IMG/VR virus record: IMGVR_UViG_3300042449_000787
DNA: 20,000 nucleotides
Reading direction: 5' to 3' (one strand)
Origin: an uncultured virus (IMG/VR IMGVR_UViG_3300042449_000787)
Taxonomy: Duplodnaviria; Heunggongvirae; Uroviricota; Caudoviricetes
Of the stretch, positions 8,366-17,059 are shown in pieces. Each line of letters starts with the position of its first letter. The first letter of the stretch is position 1. The position numbers and the translations under genes are program-made. A model generated the notes under the pieces. The model was not told where the DNA came from. It worked only from the letters and a program-made list of their open reading frames with translations, and ran no database searches.

Positions 8366-8671
8366 ATGGAAGATGAATTATTGGGTAAAAGTGCAAATCA
8401 GCTATGGAAAGAAAGCGGAACTACTTTAAGTTTTAAAGATTGGATTCAAAGAGAAAAAGAAAAGGGAATGTTAATTCCTAATAAATTAATTAATGATTCC
8501 ATTGCTTTAATTAAGAGTAGGGTTGGCATAAGAGATAGCGAAATTAGCAATGTTTCTTTAGAACAAGGAACTTCTAAAACAGTTTTAGGATTAAATAAAT
8601 TGGCTATAATATCAAGTGTTTTAATTATTGGGGGGGCTTTGGCTTACAACTTTTATAAAAAAAGAAAGTAA
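8366..8671 (+). CDS. C-terminally anchored hypothetical protein
   Basis: C-terminal LAIISSVLIIGGALAYNFY followed by KKRK. Confidence 0.75.
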   Translation: MEDELLGKSANQLWKESGTTLSFKDWIQREKEKGMLIPNKLINDSIALIKSRVGIRDSEISNVSLEQGTSKTVLGLNKLAIISSVLIIGGALAYNFYKKRK

Positions 8672-8673
8672 AT

Positions 8674-9459
8674 ATGAATTTTAGACTTCAGACAAGATAC
8701 GATGAGATGTGTTTGGTTATCAATTTAGCCGTAAAAACACCAACAGTTGTAAGAATAAAAATTTATGACGAAATGAAGCCTAAAATAGTCTTTACAGATA
8801 GGTATAAAACTGTTTTTTCAGAAGAAACTTTTTATGTTAGATTGCCCCTTACATCTGATAACATAGTAATTTCTATTTATGATGATAAAATAGGTAATAT
8901 GCCAAAGGAACAAGAGAATAATATAATGATTAAAGTAATTGATAAAATTCCTTTGGAAAAAAGACTTGATGTAGTTGATGTAAAAAATAGAACCGTTGCT
9001 AATTTTATAAATTTCGCTCAGAGGTTTTGTTATAATTCAGCATATTTAGAATCTAATAAAGCGTACCAATCTGATGATGGAGAGTTTTTAATAGAACTTG
9101 AACCATATATAACTGGAAAAAACGGAAATACTTTAACAACGCCAGCAAGAATCTCTAAAGTAACTGGAAGGATTCAAGTGTCAAAAAAAGAATTTGATAC
9201 CTATACAGTGCCTATGAAGTTTGCTATTTTGTGCCATGAGTTTTCGCATTTTTATTTGAATGAAAATATGGACGATGAGAGCGAAGCAGATATAAATGGT
9301 TTGTTAATATATTTAGGATTAGGTTATCCTAGAATTGAGGGATACCAAGCTTTTTTAGAAGTTTTTAAGGACAGCCCTAACGAGCAGAATAAAAAGCGTT
9401 TCGACAGAATTGATGCTTTCATACAAAATTTTGAAAAAAATAAAATGATTTTACAATAA
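8674..9459 (+). CDS. Zincin-like metallopeptidase (HExxH)
   Basis: FAILCHEFSHFYLNENMDDESEAD: HExxH plus a downstream E-x-x-A-D as in gluzincin-type (M48/M56/M78-like) peptidases; beta-rich N-terminal domain; no terminal anchor. Confidence 0.75.
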   Translation: MNFRLQTRYDEMCLVINLAVKTPTVVRIKIYDEMKPKIVFTDRYKTVFSEETFYVRLPLTSDNIVISIYDDKIGNMPKEQENNIMIKVIDKIPLEKRLDVVDVKNRTVANFINFAQRFCYNSAYLESNKAYQSDDGEFLIELEPYITGKNGNTLTTPARISKVTGRIQVSKKEFDTYTVPMKFAILCHEFSHFYLNENMDDESEADINGLLIYLGLGYPRIEGYQAFLEVFKDSPNEQNKKRFDRIDAFIQNFEKNKMILQ

Positions 9460-9464
9460 AAATT

Positions 9465-9737
9465 ATGAAAACAAAAAATATATTGATTGGTGCGGGGGTT
9501 TTAGTGGTTGGTTACTTGCTTTTGAAAAAAAGTAAAAATAATCAGCAACCTTTTAATATTCAGACAATAGTAAAAGACCAATCTAAAGCAGTTGTAGGCA
9601 GACCTATGACAGAAGATGAGTTGAAAAAGTTTAAATGCGAAATGGAATATTCTAAATTAGCAAAGCCAATGGTTATGATGCCTCCAGAATATTGGAGTAA
9701 ACGGAAAGAAGAATGGATGAAAGCTAATTGTAAATAA
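9465..9737 (+). CDS. N-terminally anchored protein with C-x30-C module
   Basis: TM, then CEMEYSK...EEWMKANC. Confidence 0.75.
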   Translation: MKTKNILIGAGVLVVGYLLLKKSKNNQQPFNIQTIVKDQSKAVVGRPMTEDELKKFKCEMEYSKLAKPMVMMPPEYWSKRKEEWMKANCK

Positions 9738-9745
9738 ATAAAAAC

Positions 9746-10315
9746 ATGAAAATAGATAACAAAAAATTATTGATTGGTGCAGGTATATTAGCCGTTGGAA
9801 CTGCAATATACCTATTCTTAAAAAATAAACGCAATAAAAGTCAGGTTGGAATATTAGATGACGAATCGATAGAAATTGACTATAATAACGCAAGTGGTAA
9901 ACCCTCTTCTACTGCTAGTGGAATAGCAAGCGGAGTAGAAAAACCTTTGTCGGTTAACGATTATAATACTAGTATAGAAAAGGCATTAAATGATAAAAAA
10001 TATCAAAATTACATAGGACAAAAAATATATACTCTAGTTGATAATGTGAATGTAAGAATGGGTGCAAATGTAAATAATGGTATATTTCATAACAAAGCTG
10101 GCACAATACCAAAGAAAAAAACATTTATAGGAAAGGTAGTTACTGCAAAATTAGGAAATGATAAAAAAATATGGTTTGCGGTAAATGAAGAAAACTCAAA
10201 TATATTATATAATGTTAAAAAGCATTTTAATTGGAGCATTTATTTAGAAAGAGACCCTTCTCTACGTTGGTTTAGGTCGGATGTAGTAATTGTTAAATTA
10301 GATAAAAATAAATAA
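9746..10315 (+). CDS. N-terminally anchored protein with SH3b-like domain
   Basis: DNVNVRMGA...GTIPKK...GKV...WFAV...WFRSDVV resembles the bacterial SH3b pattern (lNvR.gp...W..V...gWv.sd.v). Confidence 0.6.
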   Translation: MKIDNKKLLIGAGILAVGTAIYLFLKNKRNKSQVGILDDESIEIDYNNASGKPSSTASGIASGVEKPLSVNDYNTSIEKALNDKKYQNYIGQKIYTLVDNVNVRMGANVNNGIFHNKAGTIPKKKTFIGKVVTAKLGNDKKIWFAVNEENSNILYNVKKHFNWSIYLERDPSLRWFRSDVVIVKLDKNK

Positions 10316-10317
10316 AA

Positions 10318-10686
10318 ATGGAAATAGATAAAAAAAAATTATTGATTGGTGCAGGGGTTTTAGTAATTGGGTACTTAGCTTATAAAAGTATGAAAAATAA
10401 GTCTACTATATCTAAAACAGTAGTTGCTCCTACTGTTGATACTATTGTTAAACCTACTGTTCGTACTGCTGTCGCTTTAACACCAGAGCAAGAAAAAATA
10501 CAATTATTTGAAAGAGGTGTTTTAAGTTATGAAGGGGGCGTTGCTCCAAATAAAATGGTTTTAGACAATATTGCAAAAACAAGAAATGATGCGCTTGCTA
10601 AAATTAAGAATTTAATGCTAGATGCAGAATTTGCTACTTGGAAAAGCAAACGTACAATAGATAAAAAAGCTCCTCCAAGACAATAA
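10318..10686 (+). CDS. N-terminally anchored hypothetical protein
   Basis: LLIGAGVLVIGYLAY anchor; PTV-rich linker; helical C-terminus. Confidence 0.75.
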   Translation: MEIDKKKLLIGAGVLVIGYLAYKSMKNKSTISKTVVAPTVDTIVKPTVRTAVALTPEQEKIQLFERGVLSYEGGVAPNKMVLDNIAKTRNDALAKIKNLMLDAEFATWKSKRTIDKKAPPRQ

Positions 10687-10698
10687 AAAATAAAAAAT

Positions 10699-10995
10699 AT
10701 GAACTCAAAAACATTAAAATACGGACTTATTGGTGGGGCGGTTTTAGTAGCTATATACATCTTTAATAAAAAAAGTTTTAAAGGCACATCACAAGACCCT
10801 AATATAGACGAGCCTAGCGCAGTTGCAGACAAGGACAAATATTTGTCATTAGGTTCAACTGGTTTGGAAGTTATGTTGCTACAAAAAGCTCTTGGAAATC
10901 TTGCAGTAGATGGTATTTTTGGAGTTAAAACACAAGCTAGATTAAAAGAGGTAAAAGGGCTTAGTTTAATCACACTTAATCAATTAAATAAATAA
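10699..10995 (+). CDS. N-terminally anchored peptidoglycan-binding (PG_binding_1-like) protein
   Basis: LSLGSTGLEVMLLQKALGNLAVDGIFGVKTQARLKE matches L..Gs.G..V..LQ..L....vDGiFG..T. Confidence 0.85.
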   Translation: MNSKTLKYGLIGGAVLVAIYIFNKKSFKGTSQDPNIDEPSAVADKDKYLSLGSTGLEVMLLQKALGNLAVDGIFGVKTQARLKEVKGLSLITLNQLNK

Positions 10996-10998
10996 AAA

Positions 10999-11217
10999 AT
11001 GAATCGCAAATCATTTTATATATTAGGAGGTTCGTTAGCCGTTATTATTGCCGTTTTGTATTTCACAAAAAACAAGGCTATAATAGTTAAAAAAGAAGAG
11101 CGAGTTGTCACTGGGGGTCAATCAGCGACTATACCACCAATGGAAGCTCCGACTTTAAGAACTCCTCCTTTAGTTGGAGATGTTTGGCTTACTCTCAAAG
11201 GAATATTTAATAAATAA
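10999..11217 (+). CDS. N-terminally anchored Pro-rich small protein
   Basis: TM plus short Pro-rich tail. Confidence 0.7.
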   Translation: MNRKSFYILGGSLAVIIAVLYFTKNKAIIVKKEERVVTGGQSATIPPMEAPTLRTPPLVGDVWLTLKGIFNK

Positions 11218-11234
11218 CAATTAAAACAATAAAA

Positions 11235-11498
11235 ATGGATGACAAAAAATTTAAAATAGCAGGATTGTTGATTTTAGCTGTTGGGGCTTATTTCTTATAT
11301 TCAAGGGTAAAGCTTAATCAAAAAGTTGGAGATGTGGACGCTATTATTTCTTCTGGAAATTCTTCTAACAAGCCAGTTTTACTTACGTTCCAAAAAGAAT
11401 TTCTTTCTGCATGGGCTAGTGCTATAAAACAAAGTATCCCTACGTTTGTATTTGAGAATAAAACATACAACACTAAAGGCGGAAAAGCAATTAAATAA
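11235..11498 (+). CDS. N-terminally anchored hypothetical protein
   Basis: IAGLLILAVGAYFLY anchor. Confidence 0.7.
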   Translation: MDDKKFKIAGLLILAVGAYFLYSRVKLNQKVGDVDAIISSGNSSNKPVLLTFQKEFLSAWASAIKQSIPTFVFENKTYNTKGGKAIK

Positions 11499-11509
11499 AA
11501 AATATAAAA

Positions 11510-12019
11510 ATGGAATCTAAATTTATATCAAAAGCAGGTGATTTTATTGCTAATAATAAAAAGCCATTAATATATGTGGGAGGTGCTATTGCAATTGTTG
11601 TAATAGGGTATTCCATTATTAGAAAATTGCAAGGTGGTATTGGCTCATTTCTAAAAGACAAAAGTGTCGGAGCAAAAGACTTTGTGCCAGTTCAGGTAGA
11701 TGTTGCAAAATCTACAATTTCAGATGCCATTGCTAATAACTATGCAAATCAATTGTTTAACGCTATGGATGGTTTTGGAACTAATTCAAGTGCAATTTAC
11801 GAGATTATAAATAAGCTACAGCAAAAGGAAGATTTTAGAAAAGTGTACAACTCTTTTGGAAGAAAAAGTTACTACATAGACGGAAGTCCTACTGCAAGCG
11901 CTTATATTTTTGGTTACAAAAACCTAGATTTAATCGAATGGTTGGATAAAGAAGTTGGGTACTCGAATCCATTAACATACAACTTAGTTAAAAAAACAAT
12001 TAAAAACGCAAATTTATAA
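11510..12019 (+). CDS. Membrane-anchored protein with an annexin-repeat-like domain
   Basis: ANQLFNAMDGFGTNSSAIYEII...FRKVYNSFG...DLIEWLDKE resembles the annexin consensus A..L..AM.G.GTde..i..il...i...Y...G..L...l..E. Confidence 0.7.
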   Translation: MESKFISKAGDFIANNKKPLIYVGGAIAIVVIGYSIIRKLQGGIGSFLKDKSVGAKDFVPVQVDVAKSTISDAIANNYANQLFNAMDGFGTNSSAIYEIINKLQQKEDFRKVYNSFGRKSYYIDGSPTASAYIFGYKNLDLIEWLDKEVGYSNPLTYNLVKKTIKNANL

Positions 12020-12023
12020 AAAA

Positions 12024-12917
12024 ATGAGAAAAACATTAGCAAAAAAAATGCCTTCTAAAGCATCTTCACCAACTAGCGGTGTTTTATTTAAACCATCAAA
12101 AGTTTTAGGTGTAAAAGTTCCAAGACCAGAAAAAAATAAAATTCAGCCAAGAATTTTAGGCGGAAAAATTGCACGACCATCCTCAAAATTAGTTGCGGAT
12201 ATTTCTTTAGGGCTAACACCTAAAAAGTCAAATGCAAATTTACCTAGCACAAGTTTAGCATCTTTATCTGATTGCGAACAAAAAGCAAGGCAAAAAATGT
12301 CGAATATGAGATTCATATCAGCTAAAGCTATGAGTGATTACAAAACAGACTTTATAGCTAAATGTATGGGCGTAAAAACAGTACTGCCAGTACCGCAAAG
12401 TATTCCACAAAAAGAACAAGAAAATAAATATTCGCAGATGTTAAGTATGATACCTAATGAGTTTGTAATTAAGTCAAGTGGCTATAATACATCTTACTAT
12501 AAAGGCAAATCTAATATTCATACAAAATTAAGCGCTACAACGGTTGGGATTGGTACTGGTTCTCCAATACAAATTTCTAATGAAGAATTTATAGATGCTT
12601 ACAGTCAATTTTTGAAACAACCAAAAGTAATGATGCCGATAATGCCATCAGCGCCATCAGCGCTATCAGCGCCATCAGCGCCATCAGCGCCATCAGAAAT
12701 AACATCAGATTCAGAGTTAGAGCAAGAGCAAGAGTTAGAAACTATTACTCCTAGTAATTCTGCTGATACTGTTGCTCCTATTAATCCTACTAATAATGGC
12801 ACATCCAACATTCAAGTTAATAGTGCGCCTAAAACAAAAAAAACTAATTACTTATTGTATTTTGTTTTGGCTATTTCTAGCGTAATAGTTTTAAAAAAAT
12901 TTTTAAAAAAAAAATAA
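12024..12917 (+). CDS. C-terminally anchored low-complexity protein
   Basis: Basic K/P/S-rich N-terminus, VADISLGL motif, C-x29-C module, PSA repeats, C-terminal TM. Confidence 0.75.
   Translation: MRKTLAKKMPSKASSPTSGVLFKPSKVLGVKVPRPEKNKIQPRILGGKIARPSSKLVADISLGLTPKKSNANLPSTSLASLSDCEQKARQKMSNMRFISAKAMSDYKTDFIAKCMGVKTVLPVPQSIPQKEQENKYSQMLSMIPNEFVIKSSGYNTSYYKGKSNIHTKLSATTVGIGTGSPIQISNEEFIDAYSQFLKQPKVMMPIMPSAPSALSAPSAPSAPSEITSDSELEQEQELETITPSNSADTVAPINPTNNGTSNIQVNSAPKTKKTNYLLYFVLAISSVIVLKKFLKKK
12645..12695 (+). repeat. 9-bp coding repeat CCATCAGCG (PSA)
   Basis: About 5.7 copies, one with CTA in place of CCA. Confidence 0.9.
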
Positions 12918-12918
12918 T

Positions 12919-13050
12919 ATGAAAAGCTCAACAATTTTATTAGTCGTTGGTGGATTAGCAATAGGTTATTTATATTTAGAAAATAAAAAACCACAATCTA
13001 CCGTATCAAAAAAAGTCAAGCAAATCAATCAAAAGCTAAAACAACTTTAA
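12919..13050 (+). CDS. Paralog family member 1, 43 aa, anchor only (not in ORF track)
   Basis: [43 protein letters not shown]. Confidence 0.65.
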   Translation: MKSSTILLVVGGLAIGYLYLENKKPQSTVSKKVKQINQKLKQL

Positions 13051-13060
13051 AAAAAATAAG

Positions 13061-14242
13061 ATGAAAAATTCAACAATTTTATTAGGCGTAGGTGGATTAG
13101 CAATAGCGTATTTTTATTTAAAAAATAAAAAACCACTATCTACTACATCGACAACTCAAACAAATGAACCAACAGGTTCAACAGGTTCAACAGGTTCAAC
13201 AGGTTCAACAGGTTCAACAGGTTCAACAGGTTCAACAGGTTCAACAAGTTCAACAGGGTCAACAGGGTCAACAGGGTCAACAGGGTCAACAGGGTCAACA
13301 GGGTCAACAGGGTCAACAGGGTCAACAGGGTCAACAGGGTCAACAGGGTCAACAGGGTCAACAGCATTAGTGGAAGAAATGGAAGAAATGGAACCAACGG
13401 TACAAACATCACCAACGGTACAAATACCTCCAACGGTACAAATACCTCCAACGGTACAAACATCACCAACGGTACAAATACCTCCAACGGTACAAATATC
13501 TCCAACGGTACAAACATTACCAACGGTACAAACATCACCAACGGTACAAACATTACCAACGGTACAAATACCTCCAATAATTATACCTTCTGTGGCTGAT
13601 ATTTCTTTAGGATTACAACCTATAACTACAACTACAAAACCTACAGTAGACACGGTTGTATCGGCATTTGCAGAAACGCAAACTGAAAACTATAAAAAAG
13701 CAAGAGAATTGTCAAGAAATATTAGCGCTCTTTTAATTAAAGTTGATTTATACAAAACTAAGAAAACTAAAAATAAAATCAGAAACGAAATATCAGATAA
13801 AACAAAGCAAGCAAATGCTTTGGGGTACAAAATATTGCCTTACGGTGAAATTGTAGCATTGAACGCTGTTGCAGATATTTCTTTAGGATTAAAACCAACA
13901 ACCGCTAACACACCAAGTTTTTTGACAAGAATTTTAGGAGGAACACTTACACCAAGTGCTTTAACTCAAGCAAGTAGTATGTCAACTCCAGCAAGTAGTG
14001 TGAAAACTCTACCAAGTTTTTTAGGAGGAGGACGAAGTATTACACCAAGTGTTTTAACTCAAGCAAGTAGTATGTCAACTCCAGCAAGTAGTGTATCAAC
14101 TCCAATAAATAGTATAAAAATTTTCGGAGGAAGAGTAATTCCAGTAAGCCCAACAAGTAGTGTAAAAACTCCGCCAATTTTTTTAGGGGGGCGAACAAGC
14201 GCAACAACAAATAGTTTTCTGTCAAAATTAAAAAGAAGATAA
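13061..14242 (+). CDS. Paralog family member 2 (MKxST anchor; TGS and PTVQ repeats)
   Basis: Anchor, (TGS)21, (PTVQxx)10, ADISLGL, ENYKKA...[17 protein letters not shown] tail. Confidence 0.85.
   Translation: MKNSTILLGVGGLAIAYFYLKNKKPLSTTSTTQTNEPTGSTGSTGSTGSTGSTGSTGSTGSTSSTGSTGSTGSTGSTGSTGSTGSTGSTGSTGSTGSTGSTALVEEMEEMEPTVQTSPTVQIPPTVQIPPTVQTSPTVQIPPTVQISPTVQTLPTVQTSPTVQTLPTVQIPPIIIPSVADISLGLQPITTTTKPTVDTVVSAFAETQTENYKKARELSRNISALLIKVDLYKTKKTKNKIRNEISDKTKQANALGYKILPYGEIVALNAVADISLGLKPTTANTPSFLTRILGGTLTPSALTQASSMSTPASSVKTLPSFLGGGRSITPSVLTQASSMSTPASSVSTPINSIKIFGGRVIPVSPTSSVKTPPIFLGGRTSATTNSFLSKLKRR
13172..13360 (+). repeat. 9-bp coding repeat (TGS) x21
   Basis: 8x ACAGGTTCA, 1x ACAAGTTCA, 12x ACAGGGTCA. 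Confidence 0.95.
13394..13573 (+). repeat. 18-bp coding repeat (PTVQ[TI][SPL]) x10
   Basis: CCAACGGTACAAA core in each unit. Confidence 0.95.
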
Positions 14243-14243
14243 T

Positions 14244-15170
14244 ATGAAAAGTTCAACAATATTAGGGGTTGGGATAATATCAGTAGTTGGTGTGGGTGCG
14301 TATTTTTATTTAAAAAATAAAAAACCACTATCGACAACATCGACAACAGGGTCAACAGGGTCAACAGGGTCAACAGGGTCAACAGGGTCAACAGGGTCAA
14401 CAGGGTCAACAGGGTCAACAGCATTAGTGGAAGAAATGGAAGAAATGGAACCAACGGTACAAACATCACCAACGGTACAAACATCGCCAACGGTACAAAC
14501 ATCGCCAACGGTACAAACATCGCCAACAATTACACCTTCTGTGGCTGATATTTCTTTAGGATTACAACCTATAACTACAACTACAAAACCTACAGTAGAC
14601 ACGGTTGTATCGGCATTTGCAGAAACGCAAACTGAAAACTATAAAAAAGCAAGAGAATTGTCAAGAAATATTAGCGCTCTTTTAATTAAAGTTGATTTAT
14701 ACAAAACTAAGAAAACTAAAAATAAAATCAGAAACGAAATATCAGATAAAACAAAGCAAGCAAATGCTTTGGGGTACAAAATATTGCCTTACGGTGAAAT
14801 TGTAGCATTGAACGCTGTTGCAGATATTTCTTTAGGATTAAAACCAACAACCGCTAACACACCAAGTTTTTTGACAAAAATTCTTGGACGAACACTTACA
14901 CCAAGTGTTTTAACTCAAGCAAGTAGTATGTCAACTCCAGCAAGTAGTGTGAAAACTCTACCAAGTTTTTTAGGAGGAGGACGAAGTATTACACCAAGTG
15001 TTTTAACTCAAGCAAGTAGTGTATCAACTCCAATAAATAGTATAAAAATTTTCGGAGGAAGAGTAATTCCAGTAAGCCCAACAAGTAGTGTAAAAACTCC
15101 GCCAATTTTTTTAGGAGGACGAACAAGCGCAACAACAAATACTTTTCTGTCAAAAGTAAAAAGAAGATAA
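14244..15170 (+). CDS. Paralog family member 3, near-duplicate of member 2
   Basis: (TGS)8, (PTVQTS)4; downstream sequence almost identical to 13061..14242. Confidence 0.85.
   Translation: MKSSTILGVGIISVVGVGAYFYLKNKKPLSTTSTTGSTGSTGSTGSTGSTGSTGSTGSTALVEEMEEMEPTVQTSPTVQTSPTVQTSPTVQTSPTITPSVADISLGLQPITTTTKPTVDTVVSAFAETQTENYKKARELSRNISALLIKVDLYKTKKTKNKIRNEISDKTKQANALGYKILPYGEIVALNAVADISLGLKPTTANTPSFLTKILGRTLTPSVLTQASSMSTPASSVKTLPSFLGGGRSITPSVLTQASSVSTPINSIKIFGGRVIPVSPTSSVKTPPIFLGGRTSATTNTFLSKVKRR
14346..14522 (+). repeat. (ACAGGGTCA)8 and 18-bp PTVQTS x4
   Basis: Arrays at 14346-14417 and 14451-14522. Confidence 0.9.
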
Positions 15171-15171
15171 T

Positions 15172-15504
15172 ATGAAAAGTTCAACAGTATTAGGAATTGG
15201 CTTATTAGCAGTACTCGGAGTAGGGGCTTATATTTATTTAAAAAATAAAAAAGCAACCAAATCAAGTGTAACTTTACCTAGCACAAAAAACACATCAAAT
15301 ACAACAGGCGTTAAAACTTCTTTGTCGGATGATTCTTTAGGATTAAAACCAACTCCAACAAATATTGCAAAAACTTCTGTGTCGGATGCTTCTTTAGGAT
15401 TAGAACCAACCCCAACAAGTAGTGTAAAAACTCGACCAATTTTTTTAGGGGGGCAAACAAATCCAGCAATAAGTATGATAATGTCAAAAGTAAAAAGAAG
15501 ATAA
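15172..15504 (+). CDS. Paralog family member 4 (lacks helical domain)
   Basis: Anchor, two SDxSLGL motifs, PIFLGG...SKVKRR tail. Confidence 0.8.
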   Translation: MKSSTVLGIGLLAVLGVGAYIYLKNKKATKSSVTLPSTKNTSNTTGVKTSLSDDSLGLKPTPTNIAKTSVSDASLGLEPTPTSSVKTRPIFLGGQTNPAISMIMSKVKRR

Positions 15505-15505
15505 T

Positions 15506-15976
15506 ATGAAAAGCTCAACAATATTAGGTCTTGGGATAATATCAGTAATTGGGGTGGGTACTTATATTTACTTAAAAAGTGGTAAAATACCATTTTTAGA
15601 TAAATTTTTAGGAGAACTTTCTCCAACAAGCGGTAAAGTAAATAACACGGGAAGTACAACAGCTACAACAGGCAGTACAACAACTCCAACAAGCAATAAA
15701 CCAACAAATACAGCTTCTGTAGCTGATATTTCTTTAGGATTACAGCCTAAACCTACAGTAGATACAGTTGTTTCAGCATTTTCAGAAACACAAACTGAAA
15801 ACTATAAAAAAGCAAGAGAATTGTCAAGAAATATTAGCGCTCTTTTAATTAAAGTTGATTTATACAAAACTAAGAAAACTAAAAATAAAATCAGAAACGA
15901 AATATCAGATAAAACAAAGCAAGCAAATGCTTTGGGTTACAAAATATTGCCTTACGGTGAAATCGAAAAAATGTAA
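15506..15976 (+). CDS. Paralog family member 5
   Basis: Anchor, KSGKIPFLDKF linker, helical domain identical to members 2 and 3, ends GEIEKM. Confidence 0.85.
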   Translation: MKSSTILGLGIISVIGVGTYIYLKSGKIPFLDKFLGELSPTSGKVNNTGSTTATTGSTTTPTSNKPTNTASVADISLGLQPKPTVDTVVSAFSETQTENYKKARELSRNISALLIKVDLYKTKKTKNKIRNEISDKTKQANALGYKILPYGEIEKM

Positions 15977-15987
15977 ATTAAAATAAT

Positions 15988-16515
15988 ATGAAAAGTTCAA
16001 CAGTATTAGGAATTGGCTTATTAGCAGTACTCGGAGTAGGGGCTTATATTTATTTAAAACGTAAAAAAGAAACCACATCAAGTGTAACTGCACCTAGCAC
16101 AAAAAAAACATCACCAACGGTACAAACATCGCCAACGGTACAAACATCGCCAACAATTACACCTTCTGTGGCGGATGCTTCTTTGGGTTTACAACCTAAA
16201 GCAACAATAGATACTGTTGTTTCAGCATTTTCAGAAACACAAACTGAAAACTATAAAAAAGCTAAAGTAATATCTAAAGAAATTGAAGTTTTGACTAATA
16301 CTTTAAGAAATTTAGAAATTGATAAGAAAAAAGAAAGTTCTAAGCCTTTTACAACGGGAAATTATATGGCTGGCGTGAGGGCTAATGCTGGTAAAAATGT
16401 GGCTAGTATTATATTTGCAATTAGAAGTGTTCAAAAACAAATGTCAGAAAAAACAGCTCAAGCAAATGCTTTAGGTTACAAAATATTACCTTATGGCGAA
16501 ATCGAAAAAATGTAA
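15988..16515 (+). CDS. Paralog family member 6
   Basis: Constant ends with unique central segment. Confidence 0.85.
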   Translation: MKSSTVLGIGLLAVLGVGAYIYLKRKKETTSSVTAPSTKKTSPTVQTSPTVQTSPTITPSVADASLGLQPKATIDTVVSAFSETQTENYKKAKVISKEIEVLTNTLRNLEIDKKKESSKPFTTGNYMAGVRANAGKNVASIIFAIRSVQKQMSEKTAQANALGYKILPYGEIEKM

Positions 16516-16526
16516 ATTAAAATAAT

Positions 16527-17018
16527 ATGAAAAGTTCAACAGTATTAGGAATTGGATTATTAGCAGTACTCGGAGTAGGGGCTTATATTTATTTAAAAAA
16601 TAAAAAAGCAACCACATCAAGTGTAACTGTACCTAGCACAAAAAAAACATCAAATACAACAAGCGTTACACCTTCTGTGGCGGATGCTTCTTTGGGTTTA
16701 CAACCTAAAGCAACAATAGATACTGTTGTTTCAGCATTTTCAGAAACACAAACTGAAAACTATAAAAAAGCTAAAGTAATATCCAAAGAGGTTGAAGTTT
16801 TGAATAATAGATTAAGAACTTTAAACAGTGATTATGCAAGAGAGAGAAGTAAACCTTTTATAATAGGAAATAGCATGACTGGTTTTAGACCTGATAACAA
16901 ATCAGCTCAAATTAAATTACAAATTAATTCTGTTGAAAAACAAATGTCAGAAAAAACAGCTCAAGCAAATGCTTTAGGTTACAAAATATTACCTTATGGC
17001 GAAATCGAAAAAATGTAA
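16527..17018 (+). CDS. Paralog family member 7
   Basis: Constant ends with unique central segment. Confidence 0.85.
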   Translation: MKSSTVLGIGLLAVLGVGAYIYLKNKKATTSSVTVPSTKKTSNTTSVTPSVADASLGLQPKATIDTVVSAFSETQTENYKKAKVISKEVEVLNNRLRTLNSDYARERSKPFIIGNSMTGFRPDNKSAQIKLQINSVEKQMSEKTAQANALGYKILPYGEIEKM

Positions 17019-17057
17019 ATTAAAATAATGTAAATTAAAATAATGTAAATTAAAATA
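17013..17057 (+). repeat. 15-bp junction repeat ATGTAAATTAAAATA x3
   Basis: Also x2 at 17612-17641 and x1 at 15971 and 16510. Confidence 0.95.
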
Positions 17058-17059
17058 AT

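Noticed and set aside
13143..14602. Minus-strand and alternate-frame ORFs with LLT, VDP, QQV/QQG and CTVG repeats
   Set aside because: They are shadows of the stop-free 9- and 18-bp repeats in the + strand genes.
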